Of a DNA stretch of 51,181 nt, positions 34,549 to 47,372 are shown one piece after another (position 1 is the first letter of the stretch; each line of letters opens with the position of its first letter). The DNA lies in contig JAUCBJ010008214.1 of assembly GCA_032718475.1 (NCBI GenBank), forward strand, positions 1 through 51,181, given 5' to 3'. A program made the position numbers and the translations under genes. The DNA comes from Nemertoderma westbladi (lineage: Eukaryota > Animalia > Xenacoelomorpha). The notes under the pieces were generated by a model. The model was not told the DNA's origin. It searched no databases and was given only the letters and a program-made list of their open reading frames with translations.

Positions 34549-36399
34549 ATGGAAACAACATGCACTGTCTGTAATGACTTAACCTCAAATCGCTGCAAAC
34601 AATGCAAAAACGTATGGTACTGCAGTCGATCTTGTCAAAAGTCAGATTGGAAAAGGCACAAACAAATGTGCAAAATAAGGGGAGATGTGTTAGCAGAGAG
34701 CAGCACAGATGATAATACTGTTGTTGGTGGTAGTTCCAGAGATGGTGTTGGTGTTGGTGCTGGTACCAATGCTGGTTCCAATGCTGGTGTTGGTGCTAGT
34801 TCCAGTGCTGGTGTTGGTGCTGTGATGAAAAAACCCGATAGGTCATCAATAGGGAGTAATGCAATTCGTATTGGAGGTAAAAAACCTCAATATCACAAGG
34901 AATATCAGAGTAAATACCCCAAGGATACCTTTGGATATTTTATGTTGTCAGTTCAATGGCAAACAGAATTACTTGGTAAAATGAGTGAATCAAACATTTA
35001 TGAAGCTTTGAAGCAATACGGGCCCATGTCCGAATTACTTGCAAAGCGGTGGAATAATACACCGCCGGCAGAAATATCGCGCTTTCTGCAAGACAAATCC
35101 CGAAAGCTCGGGGATATTTTCTATGAACGAACCTTATTGCCAAATATGTATGGTTCACCAGTACCGCAGATTGTACAGGTCTACAATACCATGACTAATC
35201 ACCCTACAACGAGGACTGTCATTAAAAAAGGCAAAACCTATGTTGGCGTAGGTTTTGTTGATTTACATCAGTTGGTAAACGCTGAATTCATAGACCACGA
35301 TGCCGAAGATAAATGGAAACCTACTAAATTTGTTGGATTGGAAATGTCAGAATTTGCTGTAGCTAGAGCAATTATTGTTGAGGAAATGTTATGGACTAAT
35401 TGCTCACCAACCTCCATACTGCAGGTGTGGTACTCATCTTCGTGGAGTCAGAAAACAAACAAATTATTCATGTCTGCTTGCACATCGTTACTCGACAAAG
35501 ATATTGGTATTGATCTTAAGGTTAGACAACTTATAAACTGGTGGAGAAAGGAAAGTGAATCTAAAAGTTCTAAACCAGCTTGGGATGCGAACTTATTTCA
35601 GGGTGAACAGATGTCCCGTTTGTGTAACTTACGCTATCAAATAGACCGAATGGATTACGCTCGGTATCTGCAAACGGGTTACCTCTTTGGATCAACCGAG
35701 GCAGAGTTCAAACATGGGAATGTCACCATGTATGAACGACGTGGTCACCATAAAACTCCTGAAGATTTCTTCGATATCGTTTCATCTTCAATTTCACATG
35801 ATGGCATATCAATTATGTCTTCAGTCACATCTTATATGACATCGCAAATACAAACCCTTGTACAGTTAGTCACTTCTAAAGACCTTCACGTGAAATTCCG
35901 TGTTGCTAAGTTGGATGTATCTAACAGAGCAATTTTATCCGAAATTCGAGATTTAAATCCTTACAGCATTGATTGGTCTAATGTCCCTGAATACATGCCA
36001 AGGGATTACTTTCTTACAATGGCTAGAGCTTGCAGTGTTGGCGGAACATCTCACACAGTACACTTCATGAACTGGCCAACGGTTGTCTACGGTACGTCTT
36101 TGTTAGATTATGAGAACAAACAGCAAATTTTCAATGAAATAAAGACTGAGTGGAATGATGGTTTTAAAAGACGAGATATCCCAGCAAAGATTCCGTATAT
36201 CTGCAGAGATGGTGTGAGAGTAAATTTGATGAACAAGTCTGAGGCAATTTTGGCAGTCCGTTATTATAGAAATTTCGCAACCTATATATTTGATGAGAAT
36301 GTTGATCATTTCGCGGTAACTAATGATCCAGCGACAGATATTTACAACCCATTCTTGAGAACGGCTTCTCCAGTGTTATTTTGCACCTTTAACTTTTGA
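34549..36399 (+). CDS. zf-MYND domain protein, copy 2 (identical 616 aa)
   Basis: Translation identical to 26559-28409. Confidence 0.9.
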   Translation: METTCTVCNDLTSNRCKQCKNVWYCSRSCQKSDWKRHKQMCKIRGDVLAESSTDDNTVVGGSSRDGVGVGAGTNAGSNAGVGASSSAGVGAVMKKPDRSSIGSNAIRIGGKKPQYHKEYQSKYPKDTFGYFMLSVQWQTELLGKMSESNIYEALKQYGPMSELLAKRWNNTPPAEISRFLQDKSRKLGDIFYERTLLPNMYGSPVPQIVQVYNTMTNHPTTRTVIKKGKTYVGVGFVDLHQLVNAEFIDHDAEDKWKPTKFVGLEMSEFAVARAIIVEEMLWTNCSPTSILQVWYSSSWSQKTNKLFMSACTSLLDKDIGIDLKVRQLINWWRKESESKSSKPAWDANLFQGEQMSRLCNLRYQIDRMDYARYLQTGYLFGSTEAEFKHGNVTMYERRGHHKTPEDFFDIVSSSISHDGISIMSSVTSYMTSQIQTLVQLVTSKDLHVKFRVAKLDVSNRAILSEIRDLNPYSIDWSNVPEYMPRDYFLTMARACSVGGTSHTVHFMNWPTVVYGTSLLDYENKQQIFNEIKTEWNDGFKRRDIPAKIPYICRDGVRVNLMNKSEAILAVRYYRNFATYIFDENVDHFAVTNDPATDIYNPFLRTASPVLFCTFNF

Positions 36400-36494
36400 T
36401 ATTCAAAATCTGTGTGTTGAATGATCAATACCTCATTTGTAATATATACAACCAGACAACTACAAGGATTACTATTACATATATATTAACTTAT

Positions 36495-37276
36495 TCTCTA
36501 TATAAAGCTCAAATTGTGTATGTATGTTTGTTTGTTCATCTATCTCCTCCTATTCTTCTGGCTCTCGCGATATGGGGAAAGTACCTTTTGATTCAGCGTG
36601 GTCCGGGGTTCTGTATATAGTAATTTTCACCGATATGCAGTGAATATTTACGGTACATTTATAGTACTTTGTCAGTATTTATTGCAATTCGATTAGTGTA
36701 TTTTTGATTCTATGAGACGAACACAGTTAATAAAAGGTCAAACCCATATCTCATTATTGAATGTTTGAAACTCGGAACATAGTAATCTCTATATTAATAC
36801 CTAGCTGATTGTTGTATACTGATTATTGTATAGTAGTGTTGAAGTTGTTGTGTAGTTGTTGTGGGTAATACTCATATAATAATGTTCAAAATCAATCAGC
36901 TGCCTAATAAGGGCCAATAGACTGACAATTTATATGACTAATATATATAAACAGACAATACTGTGTGGTAGCTAAATTCAATTTGGATGCGACAGTCGAG
37001 GGAACATATTTCCATAATATAAGGTCAATATGGAGAGTACCCACCATATTATAGAATAAATTAATATAATAAGCTTCAGTGAAACTAAGCGAATGAGGAC
37101 AAATATATTTTAAAATTAATTAATGTTGGTGAAGCACATCATCATCATCTGCAGGTTGACAATCCAATTAATGACAATTCGGTATTATTTGTTTTGGTTT
37201 TTTATTAACAAAAGGAACTACATCCAAATTCATTATTAACTTGTGCGGCACGCGAAGCGCGCCTCTGGCTTGCTAG
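36495..37276 (+). mobile_element. Non-autonomous Helitron-like element, duplicate
   Basis: Copy of 28505-29286. Confidence 0.65.
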
Positions 37277-38279
37277 TCACTAATAAAATAATAATTATTC
37301 AGTAGTTGTACTGCTGATTAATTTAATATACCTAATTTAAAATACCACTGCCTTCGTGGCTCCAGGGTAAAGTGGAGAAGCAGCCAGGCCTTCGAGAACG
37401 GTACACGCACCACATAAGTATGTAAGTGCTAACGCGGGATTTCCTTGGTAAAGTGGCACCATACCAGTGATTTCTGACAAGTAATATCTCAGTAACAGAC
37501 TTTAGAAACATTTAGCAACACCAATTCGCACCACCCGCAAGAGGGCTCAAGAGTTCTAAAGTGCTACCTTACTAAAAACACCAATAACAATAGTAATATT
37601 AGCAAAGTTAGGAGTTCAAAGTGATGGTATCTGTAAATCTTGAAAGATAATGATAAAAAAGGTGTTTTTGTGTTGAATATGGCAAGACCCCACACATCAT
37701 TAAGGGCTAATTCATTATTCGTTCTTTGGGATGTATGTGAAAGGATATTGAATTATAGTATAATAGGCCTAAATATTTAATCATTTTGTTTCAAAAATAC
37801 CAAGGATACAATTACAGAATAAAGGTTTTCTAATGTTTCTTATACTGTAGTGTTATTGATTGCTTGAAAATCATGATGTTCAGAATAAATTTAAATTACA
37901 TTATTTGAACGTTTCAAATTGGTTGGTAACATTATTTTAACGTTTCAAATTGGTTGTAATCTGAATCCATCGGTGGGTGGTGGGGGTGGGGGATGTACAG
38001 TGTACGTACACACCAAATTTTATACTACCAAGTTTTTGCTAATTTCATTTGTGAAAATGTTCTCAAACATAAAATATATTCAATTAAAATATATTATAAC
38101 GTTCTATATTTTTCGTTTACATAATAAAATAGAGAATCTTAAAAAAATGTTCTCTATTAAAAAAAAAAAATTTCTGCATTTCCAATCGCTAATTTCTCAG
38201 GCTACCAAAGGGGGTCAGAACCTTGATGCGCATATAAGACAATGAATGCTTGTATTTATGGACGTATGTTACTATAATT

Positions 38280-38538
38280 GTCGCAGTGTCCGAGTGGATA
38301 CGGCGCCTGAACTGCTTACACAATAGTGTTTGGTGGTGCAGGTTCGAATCCGACTAAAGGCTGTAGAAATTTCGCACTGGTGTGTCCCTAGGCAAGACAC
38401 TTTAGACATTAGTGCCTACGTCAACCCAGCGGTATAATGGGAACCTGGCTTTGCTGGGGTAATGATAATAAAAGCGCTTTGAGTATGCTGAGCGTAGAAA
38501 AGCGCTATATAAATAACCAATATTATTATTATTATTAT
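38280..38538 (+). mobile_element. tRNA-derived SINE, duplicate
   Basis: Copy of 30290-30548. Confidence 0.85.
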
Positions 38539-39051
38539 TTACAATATGATTTCTGCTGACTGGAATTATTTAATTCAGAAACACATTGTCATCTATATTG
38601 TTATCTATGGTTGATTAAAAAGCAATAAACACACATATAAACACAATAAGCATAAACCATACAGTATAATAAAAATTTTAAAAAATTTGTTCTAGAATGT
38701 TTAGAATTGTTTGTTCAAAATGTCTTGTTCAAAACTCTTCGAACACCCATATCTCATCAACTATGTCTACACGAAATTAACGTTATCCCTCGCTATTTGG
38801 AAACCTGGTAACGTCACATTTCCGTCGGTAGGCCTTCCGTAGAAACCTCTATAAGGTCATGGAGTTGTGCCGCTAGTGAAATATCGGCGGAGACACACGT
38901 CTCCATTTCAAAACATTTCAAAATCTATTTCAAATGCTTGTAGCTAAAGTTCGAAAGCGAAAATATAAATTATAACTCGCATACACTTAAGTCGGGAGTT
39001 TAAACTATCTCTTTGAAGGGAATTTGGGGTGGAGGGGGTGCCTGAATTAAG

Positions 39052-39380
39052 ACTACTATTAGGATCGGCATGCTGCATTGCATGCAGCTATAATTGTAGC
39101 TGCATTTTTATGAATGCTGTGCTTGCTTGACGACAAAATTGCGCCGCCACAACTCCCTATCACCCATGACATTTGCTAGACCATCCGCATCTACAAGGCC
39201 AGTGTCCTTTAAGATGCGTCTCAAGAAAGTCATGGGCTGTCCACCATGCTTATTCACTCCATGAGGCTGCCAAAGCACAAGATTATGCACTGGCTGGTCC
39301 ATACGGCGAAAGCAATGTCCCGCAAAGCGGAGGCGGGTCTGTTCTAGTATTAAGCCTGGGGGAACCAATGGGACACCTCA
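39052..39380 (-). mobile_element. RTE LINE 3' end, duplicate
   Basis: Copy of 31062-31390. Confidence 0.85.
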
Positions 39381-39935
39381 ATGTTATACCGAAACCTAGC
39401 GGGGGGGGTGGGGCGTTCCCCGGGAAGTACAGTAGCTCGCATTCTACTTCCATTAAATAAATGTATTATAAGGACTCTCTATCATACTGTACTAGGCCTA
39501 GTTGTACTGTACGGGCCTATATTGATATAGTTATAAACTATTAGATATATATTTAAGAAAAAACGTGAAACTTTCAGTTAAACTGTGTGTACTGTAACTT
39601 ATAGAGATATATAGAGGCTTATATCGTAGTCAAATTAATATTGAAATTAAAAATATCATTGGGATAAGAATACACTGAGGGGTTAAATTTTACTTAATTA
39701 TATTATATTATATTATTTCGCTCGGCCAATGGTTAAAATTGCACAATATGCACAAATTAAAAATTACAAGTAGTATGAGGGAGAAGACCAACTAGGCTAC
39801 AATCAGCACTTACAGGAGGCTCGAAAATATTGTACGCGAGGCGTTCAACACATAAATAAGGTTTTCCAAGTTAAAAAGTATATTGAAGTAAAAAGAGTAA
39901 ATAAATAATTTAAATAAAAATGTACCTAAAAGAAA

Positions 39936-42802
39936 TTACATAAATCTGTTAAAGTTGCACCATTTTAATAGGTCAAATTCACGTAATTTATTTGTAAAAG
40001 TTGCTAATGTACGGGCCTCAACAATATTTACAGGTAATGAATTCCATATGGGCACCACACGGTTTGAAAAAGAATACTTTGTTATTTGAAGTCTAGAGTA
40101 GTTTGTAAACAGTTTATGGCTGTGACCTCTAAGTCCAGAGCGTGGAGCAATTTTGAACCAGTCAAAATCAAGATCGACCAACTGTCTTTCAATTGAATAT
40201 ACCATCTTCAGATCAAAGATTAATCGTCGGACTTCTAGAGGTTGCAGCTTGAGGTACTCTGAACGTTGCAAGTAACTAGTATTGTGATTACCTAGATGAC
40301 ATCGGGCAAAAAGTCTTCTTGTGAAGTACCTTTGCACCCGTTCAATGAGGTCAATGCTACCTTTCTGGAACGGAGACCAGATCGGCGTACAATATTCCAG
40401 CAAAGGTCTGACATACGATTTGTATGCAGTTAACAGAGCTTTCTGGTTGGATGTATAAAAACAACGAAAAATCATATTAATTATTTTAAAAGATTTCACG
40501 GCTTGTTCTCGGCAATATTTATCGAACTTGAGATCCGAACAAACGGTAATCCCAAGGTCTCTGCAATTAGTTTCAGATAAAAGTAAATTACCATTTAAAA
40601 AATAACTAGTTTTACTATTATTTGCACCAATATATATTACTGTACATTTATGGGCAGCAACCTTTAATTGCCACTCACTAGCCCACCACTCAAGAGACTC
40701 AAGAGCCGTCACTAGTAAGTGGCTATCAACGGTTGGTGCATACAATTTAACATCGTCGGCAAAGAGTTTACTTTTGCAAGTTCCTAGTACCTCCGGTAAA
40801 TCATTGATAAAAAGTACAAATAATATAGGTCCTAACACGCTCCCCCTGGATAGTTCCAGAACGGACTGAGCACACATCTGAAAAATAATTACCAACAAGT
40901 ACTCGTTGGGTTCTGTTCGATAAAAAAGCCGTTAGCCAAGCTAAAAGATCACCAGTGATACCATAACTAGATAATTTACAAATAAGCTTAGAATGCACCA
41001 CAGAATCAAACGCCTTTGCAAAATCTATGTAAATTATATCAATATTGTTCCGTTTATCTACTAAATTGTACCATTGTGTTACACATTCCAACAACTGAGT
41101 ACAGGTTGACCTACGTTTTAAAAATCCGTGTTGTGCCCCTGTAATTATTTTATTAGTTAGTAAGTACTCGGTAAGTTCCAGCTTAATGCATGCTTCCATG
41201 ATTTTGCATGTTACACAAGTAAGGGAAACTGGTCTATAATTGTACGGGTCGGATGGGTCACCCTTTTTAAATATTGGTATTATGTTGGCTGTTAACCAAA
41301 TCGAAGGCAGAGCATGTGTTTCGAATGAAACTATAAATAATGCAGCCAGCGGCGTTGCAAGGCAACGAGCTAGCTTCACAAATAAGATACTGGGTAACCC
41401 ATCAGGTGTACGGACGCCCAGTTTTACATGGTAAACGCCATAAAATATAAAACACCTTAGGTGCACTAAAATCCACCGTCGATTTATTTACATTAATAGG
41501 GACCTTGCGAGAGAATGCGGGACAAGATCCGTTATCATTTGTAAAATTCTCAGATAAAACCTGAGATAAAAGTTTAGCTTTAGAAGCGTCGTCAACAATT
41601 ACATTACCATTACATTGTAAAGGGGCAATACCCGACTTATTACTGCGTTTCGAGTTTACATACTTGAATATTGCATCCGGGTTACCCGAACTTAATATTT
41701 TATTTTCCCTAGTGCAGGCCGCTCTAAATGCTGCCTGTGAAACAGCCTTGGCCGCTCTTTTATATGCGGCTTGGCCGCCTTCCGTGTGTCTACGCCTCCA
41801 TAGGCATTTCTTGCTCCTTTGCAGTTGTTTTACATAAGTCGGATAATGAGTTTTATTATTCCCCTTAATGGTTTTAAAAGGCACAAACTGATCAATTCCT
41901 GCTTTTAACACCATACAAAAATTACCCCAAAAATCATTTATGGTAGTACACGAGCTATATAAATGATGCCAATCAGTATTATCCAGATAGGCAGAAAAAT
42001 TTGTAAAATCTCCTTTGGCAAAATCGTAAAACCCCAATGGTTTACATTGGGCAAATTGCCCGGGCGCTAAAATATTAAAATACACTGAATCATGGTCACT
42101 CGTAGAAAACGGTATGTCAACTGACACACTAGATACAACTAATTCGTCTGTTGTGAAGACTAAATCTAGGACATTTTCATTACGTGTTTTTTTAAGCTGC
42201 AGTTGGGTGAGACCGTTTTCTAAAACCATGACCGACATTGCATTATACAGGTCGGAATCCGGAAATGAGAATTGATTCCAGTCAAAATAAGGTAGATTAA
42301 AATCTCCTGCAATTACACAGGGCGATTTTATATCACAAAGTTCAGATAGTGCTAAACACAAGTTGTTGTTAGCACTCTGTGAAATATCAGGCGGCCGATA
42401 AACAGAAACGATCCGTAATGGATCATTTCCTATAAGGTCAACTGCTACTATTTCCGCTTCATCATACAGCTGAGATAAACGAACCTTTATACACTTAATA
42501 TAATTGCGGACAAGGATAGCCACCCCACCACCTCTACTTGGGCGGTCATTTCTAAATACTTGAAATTGTTTATCCCCAGAGATCGCGGCGTCTGGTAGAC
42601 TATCGTCAGTCCAAGTTTCGTTTATCCCTATTATATCTGAATCCGTGTTGTTTAAAAACAGATTTAAATCCGCTAGTTTGTTATTTAGAGAACGCGCGTT
42701 AAAAAAACAGCAATTAATCAGAGGTTTCTCATTCTGATCTTCTCCCCCAGTTAGTTTTCCTGTGCCTGTGGACGATGGCGCCAGTCCCGTTCCTGTTTCC
42801 AT
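39936..42802 (-). pseudogene. CR1-clade LINE ORF2 (APE plus RT), complete but with two frameshifts
   Basis: FNARSL, INETW, GDFNLP, LDLVF and SDH (41402-42802); NYRPVSLT, QHGF and DFAKAFDSV (40801-41466); GSVLGP, LFADD, RDLG and FSNRVVPIWNSLP (39936-40898). Confidence 0.95.
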
Positions 42803-43265
42803 CTGCCATCAGTTTGTTTAGCGAACTTCCAAATTGTTCCATCTTGTCTGAGACTGTAGCTTTCTGTAACGTTGGTTCCTTACGCTTCCTTCGTATCCTT
42901 GTTTAAGTTGAAAACTATCTTTGAGCGATCTTTATATATCTTCCGCTGTTCGAGCGATTGACTCGCTCGAACTCGAATCACAGAGTTGATAGAAGACCCT
43001 TCTTCTTTCCTCGCCTTTTCGATGTTGGTTCGGAATAGTCGGAATCTTGTTCCGTTTTAAAGGATACCTTGACTAACCTATCCGAGTCTGGATTCTTCCG
43101 TCCTAGACGTGTTACTTCGGTAACGATGTCGGTTCTACACCCGCATGGGTGCAAAGACTGGTTACCTCGGTTTTATCGAAATCGTTGTCGTCTGAGTCCT
43201 TTAATCTCGCAATTATCGCTTCTTTTTTCAACTGTTCGCCGCGGAATACTTCCCGAACGGAGAAT
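42750..43265 (-). pseudogene. CR1 ORF1 C-terminal remnant (5'-truncated)
   Basis: VTRLGRKNPDSDRLVKVSF and SQSLEQRK motifs lie directly upstream of and overlap the ORF2 start. Confidence 0.65.
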
Positions 43266-43369
43266 TAATTAAAATTCACCCAGAATTTAACACCCGGTTA
43301 AAATACTGTACCCTAGTGAATTCTAACCGGGGGTGAAAATACAGTACGGAATTTTAACCGAGAGGATAA

Positions 43370-43400
<31 letters not shown>

Positions 43401-44065
43401 TGTGTGGGGTGGAAATTTCTACTACGCCGTTACCGCAGTGTTAATTTCTCTCGGTGACAGTACAGCAGTGGCGGGGCGGCTTTCTCTCTTTGATAGGACA
43501 GATAACTATTATCTGAGCGGTTGTATTGGCCACTTTTCGTCTTTTTGTTCGTGTAAGAATACTTCTATTAAATTCCCATTGGGAGATTTCTTTGTTGGCC
43601 TATATTACTTATTAGACCAGCGACGCTCACCAATAGCAGCTCTCCCATTGGTACACTGCTCTGTCTCTCTCTTATCTCTTATCAGATCAAGAACTGCGGC
43701 ACCAGATGTTGTAATTATATAGCAATGTTATGGGCGATGGCATGTCTAGACAGTACATTTTTAGACGTCTCCTTGAACTATGGTGAACACAAACAAATAT
43801 TGGGTTTCGGTTGCATTCAACCACTCCTTCCAATCCTTTATGAATGGACTGTTTTATATTATGGATCGTCTGTATTCACATTATTATAAGTTGGAAATAG
43901 ATTATGTTACTCTTTCAGTTTAGATTTGTAAGTGAGTAAAAGATTTGTTACAGAAGAACACTAAGATTTAAAACCAGGAACTCAAATTAGTAATCACATT
44001 TTTTATGAAATAAAAGGTTGGTTCCTCATCGGGTACTAAATAAATTAGTAAACATTAAATATACA

Positions 44066-44760
44066 CCATGTCCCAGAATATAGTGTCGTAATTCAGTGAC
44101 ACCCCCCCCCCCTAATTTGTCTACAAATCTTAATAAGATTGCATGAAATTTGAAACAGAGATAGTTTCACCTCCCAACCACTGACTGGGTGAGCCAGAAT
44201 TTTTATTTTTGCTTTCAATCTTTAGCTACAAGCGTTTAAAAAAGGTGTCTCCAGCGATATTACACCAGTTACACCGCAGGTATACACCGCATATACTATA
44301 CACCGCATATGCGGTATACACCGCATATAGGCACCGCTTATAGCTGCATGTTGGTACCAATGGAAAGCTGGCCCTGCAAGGATTCCAAATATGTAACACA
44401 ATTTGAATTTCGTTGAAAAATAGCTGAGATATGAGCGTTCAAATGTTGCATGGTTTTGCAACGACGCGAGGCTATTTTATTCTATTTAATAAATAAACCA
44501 TATTCTGGAACATTTTTTAAATGTATGAATAGCTACGTAATAGTATGATTAAATATGTAATGCATTGTTGCCCAGCTACGTATTTGGATAAACATAAAAT
44601 TCCAGATTATGATGCATTTTATTAAATAGAATAAAATAGCCTCGCGCAGGTGCATAACCATACAAAATTTGAACGTCCATATCTCAGCTAAATTTCAACG
44701 AAAATCAAATTGTGTTACATATTTGGAATTCTTGCATGACCAGCTTTCCATTGGTACTAA
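44066..44760. mobile_element. Palindromic MITE, member A (right end missing)
   Basis: Starts CCATGTCCCAGAATATAGTGTC. 44351-44510 and 44600-44760 are inverted repeats. Related to 44891-47372. Confidence 0.75.
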
Positions 44761-44890
44761 CAAACACGTTCGTGGGGCCATCGCGCAGGACGAGGCTCAG
44801 TTATTAGATACAGATTAAAATTGAGCAATTTTATCCCAAAATCGGTACTTAAGAAATTTAAATAAATACAGTGTCATATAATATAGTAAT

Positions 44891-47372
44891 CGTAATATAG
44901 TGTCATTTTCTGATGACACGGACCCCCCCCCCCCCCCCCAGATTTTTCTACAAATCTTTATCATAATGCTTGAAATTTGAAACTCCACTAGTTCAACTCA
45001 CCGTGGTTGTTACCATGAAGCTGGAATTTTCGATTTTGCCTTTAAATTTTTTTTATAAGCGTTTTAAAAATGTGTCTTTTGCGAAATCGCACCCTCCGTA
45101 TCGTGGCCATTCTTCACATTAGTCGTACTATATCGTTTCATATCATTAACCCTATTAAACCCGGGGGGGGGGGGGGGGGTCAATATGAACCCCCCCCCCG
45201 TGGTTTTTTTATTATAATTCTGAAACAAACGCAGTTGGGAATCTGAAATTTTATGACTTTTCCTAAAAATCTATTGTCTTCCTAGTAGTGAAAACCGTTT
45301 TCAAAAATATTGGGTACTTTTCGAGTTATAGCCCCATTTTTTAACCCTACTTTTGGCACTTTTTTTGAGACGTTTTTTGAAAATTACATTTCATTAAATA
45401 TGAATTGTAACATCTCTATTTTTTATTTACACCGGTTTTTTGGTGTTAGAAATTTGATGGAATTCATATAAATTGATTTAGAAATTTCAAACTTGTTTTT
45501 TTCGGTGGGTGCCAAATTTTGGTGCCAGCACCAAATTTTGAAATAAGTCAATTTTGTAAATTGATCGCTTGAAACTTGTTTTTTACGCAATTGGGGTTTT
45601 TTCGGTTTCTGGATTCGATGAAATATATACGAGTTGCACCAAGCATATCAAACTTGTATTTTTCGGTGCTGTGTGCAAATTTTGGTGCTAGCACGAAATT
45701 TTGAAAATCCATTCAATAGATAAAATTGCTTGTGACAATTTATTTCTTGCGTTTTAGAGGTTTATGGCTGTTCTGAATTCAATTGAAAATATAATTATCG
45801 AACTAGACATCTCAAACTTGTATTTTCCGGATCTGGGTGCAAAATGTGGTGCTAGCACCAAATTTTGAAAACCATCAAATATATCAATTGATTGTGTCAC
45901 CTTGTTTCTTGCGTTATACGGGTTTGTGATGGTTCGGAATTCAATGGAATCAGTAAAAATTTCATAAGAGTTCTCAAACTTGTATTTTTCGCCGGTGGGT
46001 GAAAATTGTTGTGCCAGCACCAAATTTTGGAAAGTATGCAAATTGATAAGTAGATAGTATTACCTTGTTTCTTGCGTTATACGGGTTTATGAGGGTCCTG
46101 AATCCGATGAAATCAATAAAAACTGCACTGGACATCGCAAACTTGTACGTTTTGGTGATGGGTACGAAATTTGGTGCTAGCACCAAAATTTGCCAAATTA
46201 CGCCGAAAAATACAAGTACCAATGATCTGGCATATTAGAAATGTATTCCATTAGAATCAGCGCCCTCGAAAACCTGAAAATGTGAATTTATAGCATCGTA
46301 TAAGTGAATTAAAAATTTTGTGTTCTAACTGAAAAGTGCTGGTTACTTGTTTTTTTCATTTTTTTCCTACGCAGAGAGGACTAAACAGCCATTTATAGTA
46401 ATCATATCATTTTTTAATATTTTCCAATGTATTTTGCACCCCAGAAAACCTGTATTGAAAAATAATTAGCCGAAAATGTAACTTTCAAATTTGGTGAAAA
46501 TTGTGCACTACTTGTAATTTTGGTGCTGCAATATAACCACCCCAGTACATTTTTTCGAAAATTTTTTTTTCGGTCGGATCCAGACAAGTGATACCTACGT
46601 ACAAACAAAAAATCAGACGTTTTCGTAAATATTTGTAGATTTTAGAGGGGGGGAGGGGGTCAATATGACCCCCCCCCCCTCCCCCCGGTATTTGTACAAC
46701 ATTTTACAGCCCGGTACTAATAGGGTTAAACAGCTTGCGTTGCAAGAATTCCAAAAATGTAACAATATCTGAATTTCGTTGAGAAACAGCTGAGATATAG
46801 GCGTTCAAAGATTGCAAGAATTATCGTTCGCTGCAGGCCATTTATTGTATCTAATAAATACACAAAATTCTAGAATGTGTTATTTATTTTATAAGTTGGT
46901 TGGCAACAGCGGTATTCCTATCCAATATATCTATTGCGTAGCTATTCATACATAAACAAAATGTTCCAGAACATCGTTTATTTATTAAATAGAATAAATG
47001 GCCTTCAGCGAAGGATAATTCTTGCAATCATTGAACGCCTATATCTCAGCTGTTTCTCAACGAAATTCATATATTGTTACATATTTGGACTCCTTGCAAC
47101 GCACGCTTTTTAATGATATGAAAAATTAGGACTAATGCGAAGAATGGCCACGATGCGAAGGGTGCGATTTCGCAAAATACACTTTTTTAAAACGCTTATA
47201 AAAAAAATTTAAAGGCAAAATCTAAAATTCCGGCTTCATGGTGTCATCGACGGTGTGTGGAATGTTTCAAATTTCAAGCAATATGATAAACATTTGTAGA
47301 AAAATCTAAGGGGGGGGGGGGGGGGGAGGGGGGTCCGTGTCATCAGAAAATGACACTATATTACGGGACATG
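44891..47372. mobile_element. Palindromic MITE, member B (~0.9 kb foldback, Tc1/mariner-like TA end), interrupted by a piggyBac-like element
   Basis: 44891-45145 is inverted at 47110-47364, and 46730-46880 is inverted at 46960-47105. Ends GGGACATGG followed by TA. Confidence 0.8.
45150..46725. mobile_element. Non-autonomous piggyBac-like element with internal ~162-bp tandem repeats
   Basis: TTAA TSDs at 45146-45149 and 46726-46729. TIRs CCCTATTAAACCCGGG / CCCTATTAGTACCGGG match at 13/16. Repeat units start near 45490, 45651, 45815, 45977 and 46140. Confidence 0.8.

Larger units (their letters stand above)
33713..40132. repeat. Tandem segmental duplication, unit B (~6420 bp)
   Basis: The junction ...GACCTCTA-A-TGGATCC joins CR1 sequence to RTE sequence through one shared A. 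Confidence 0.95.
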
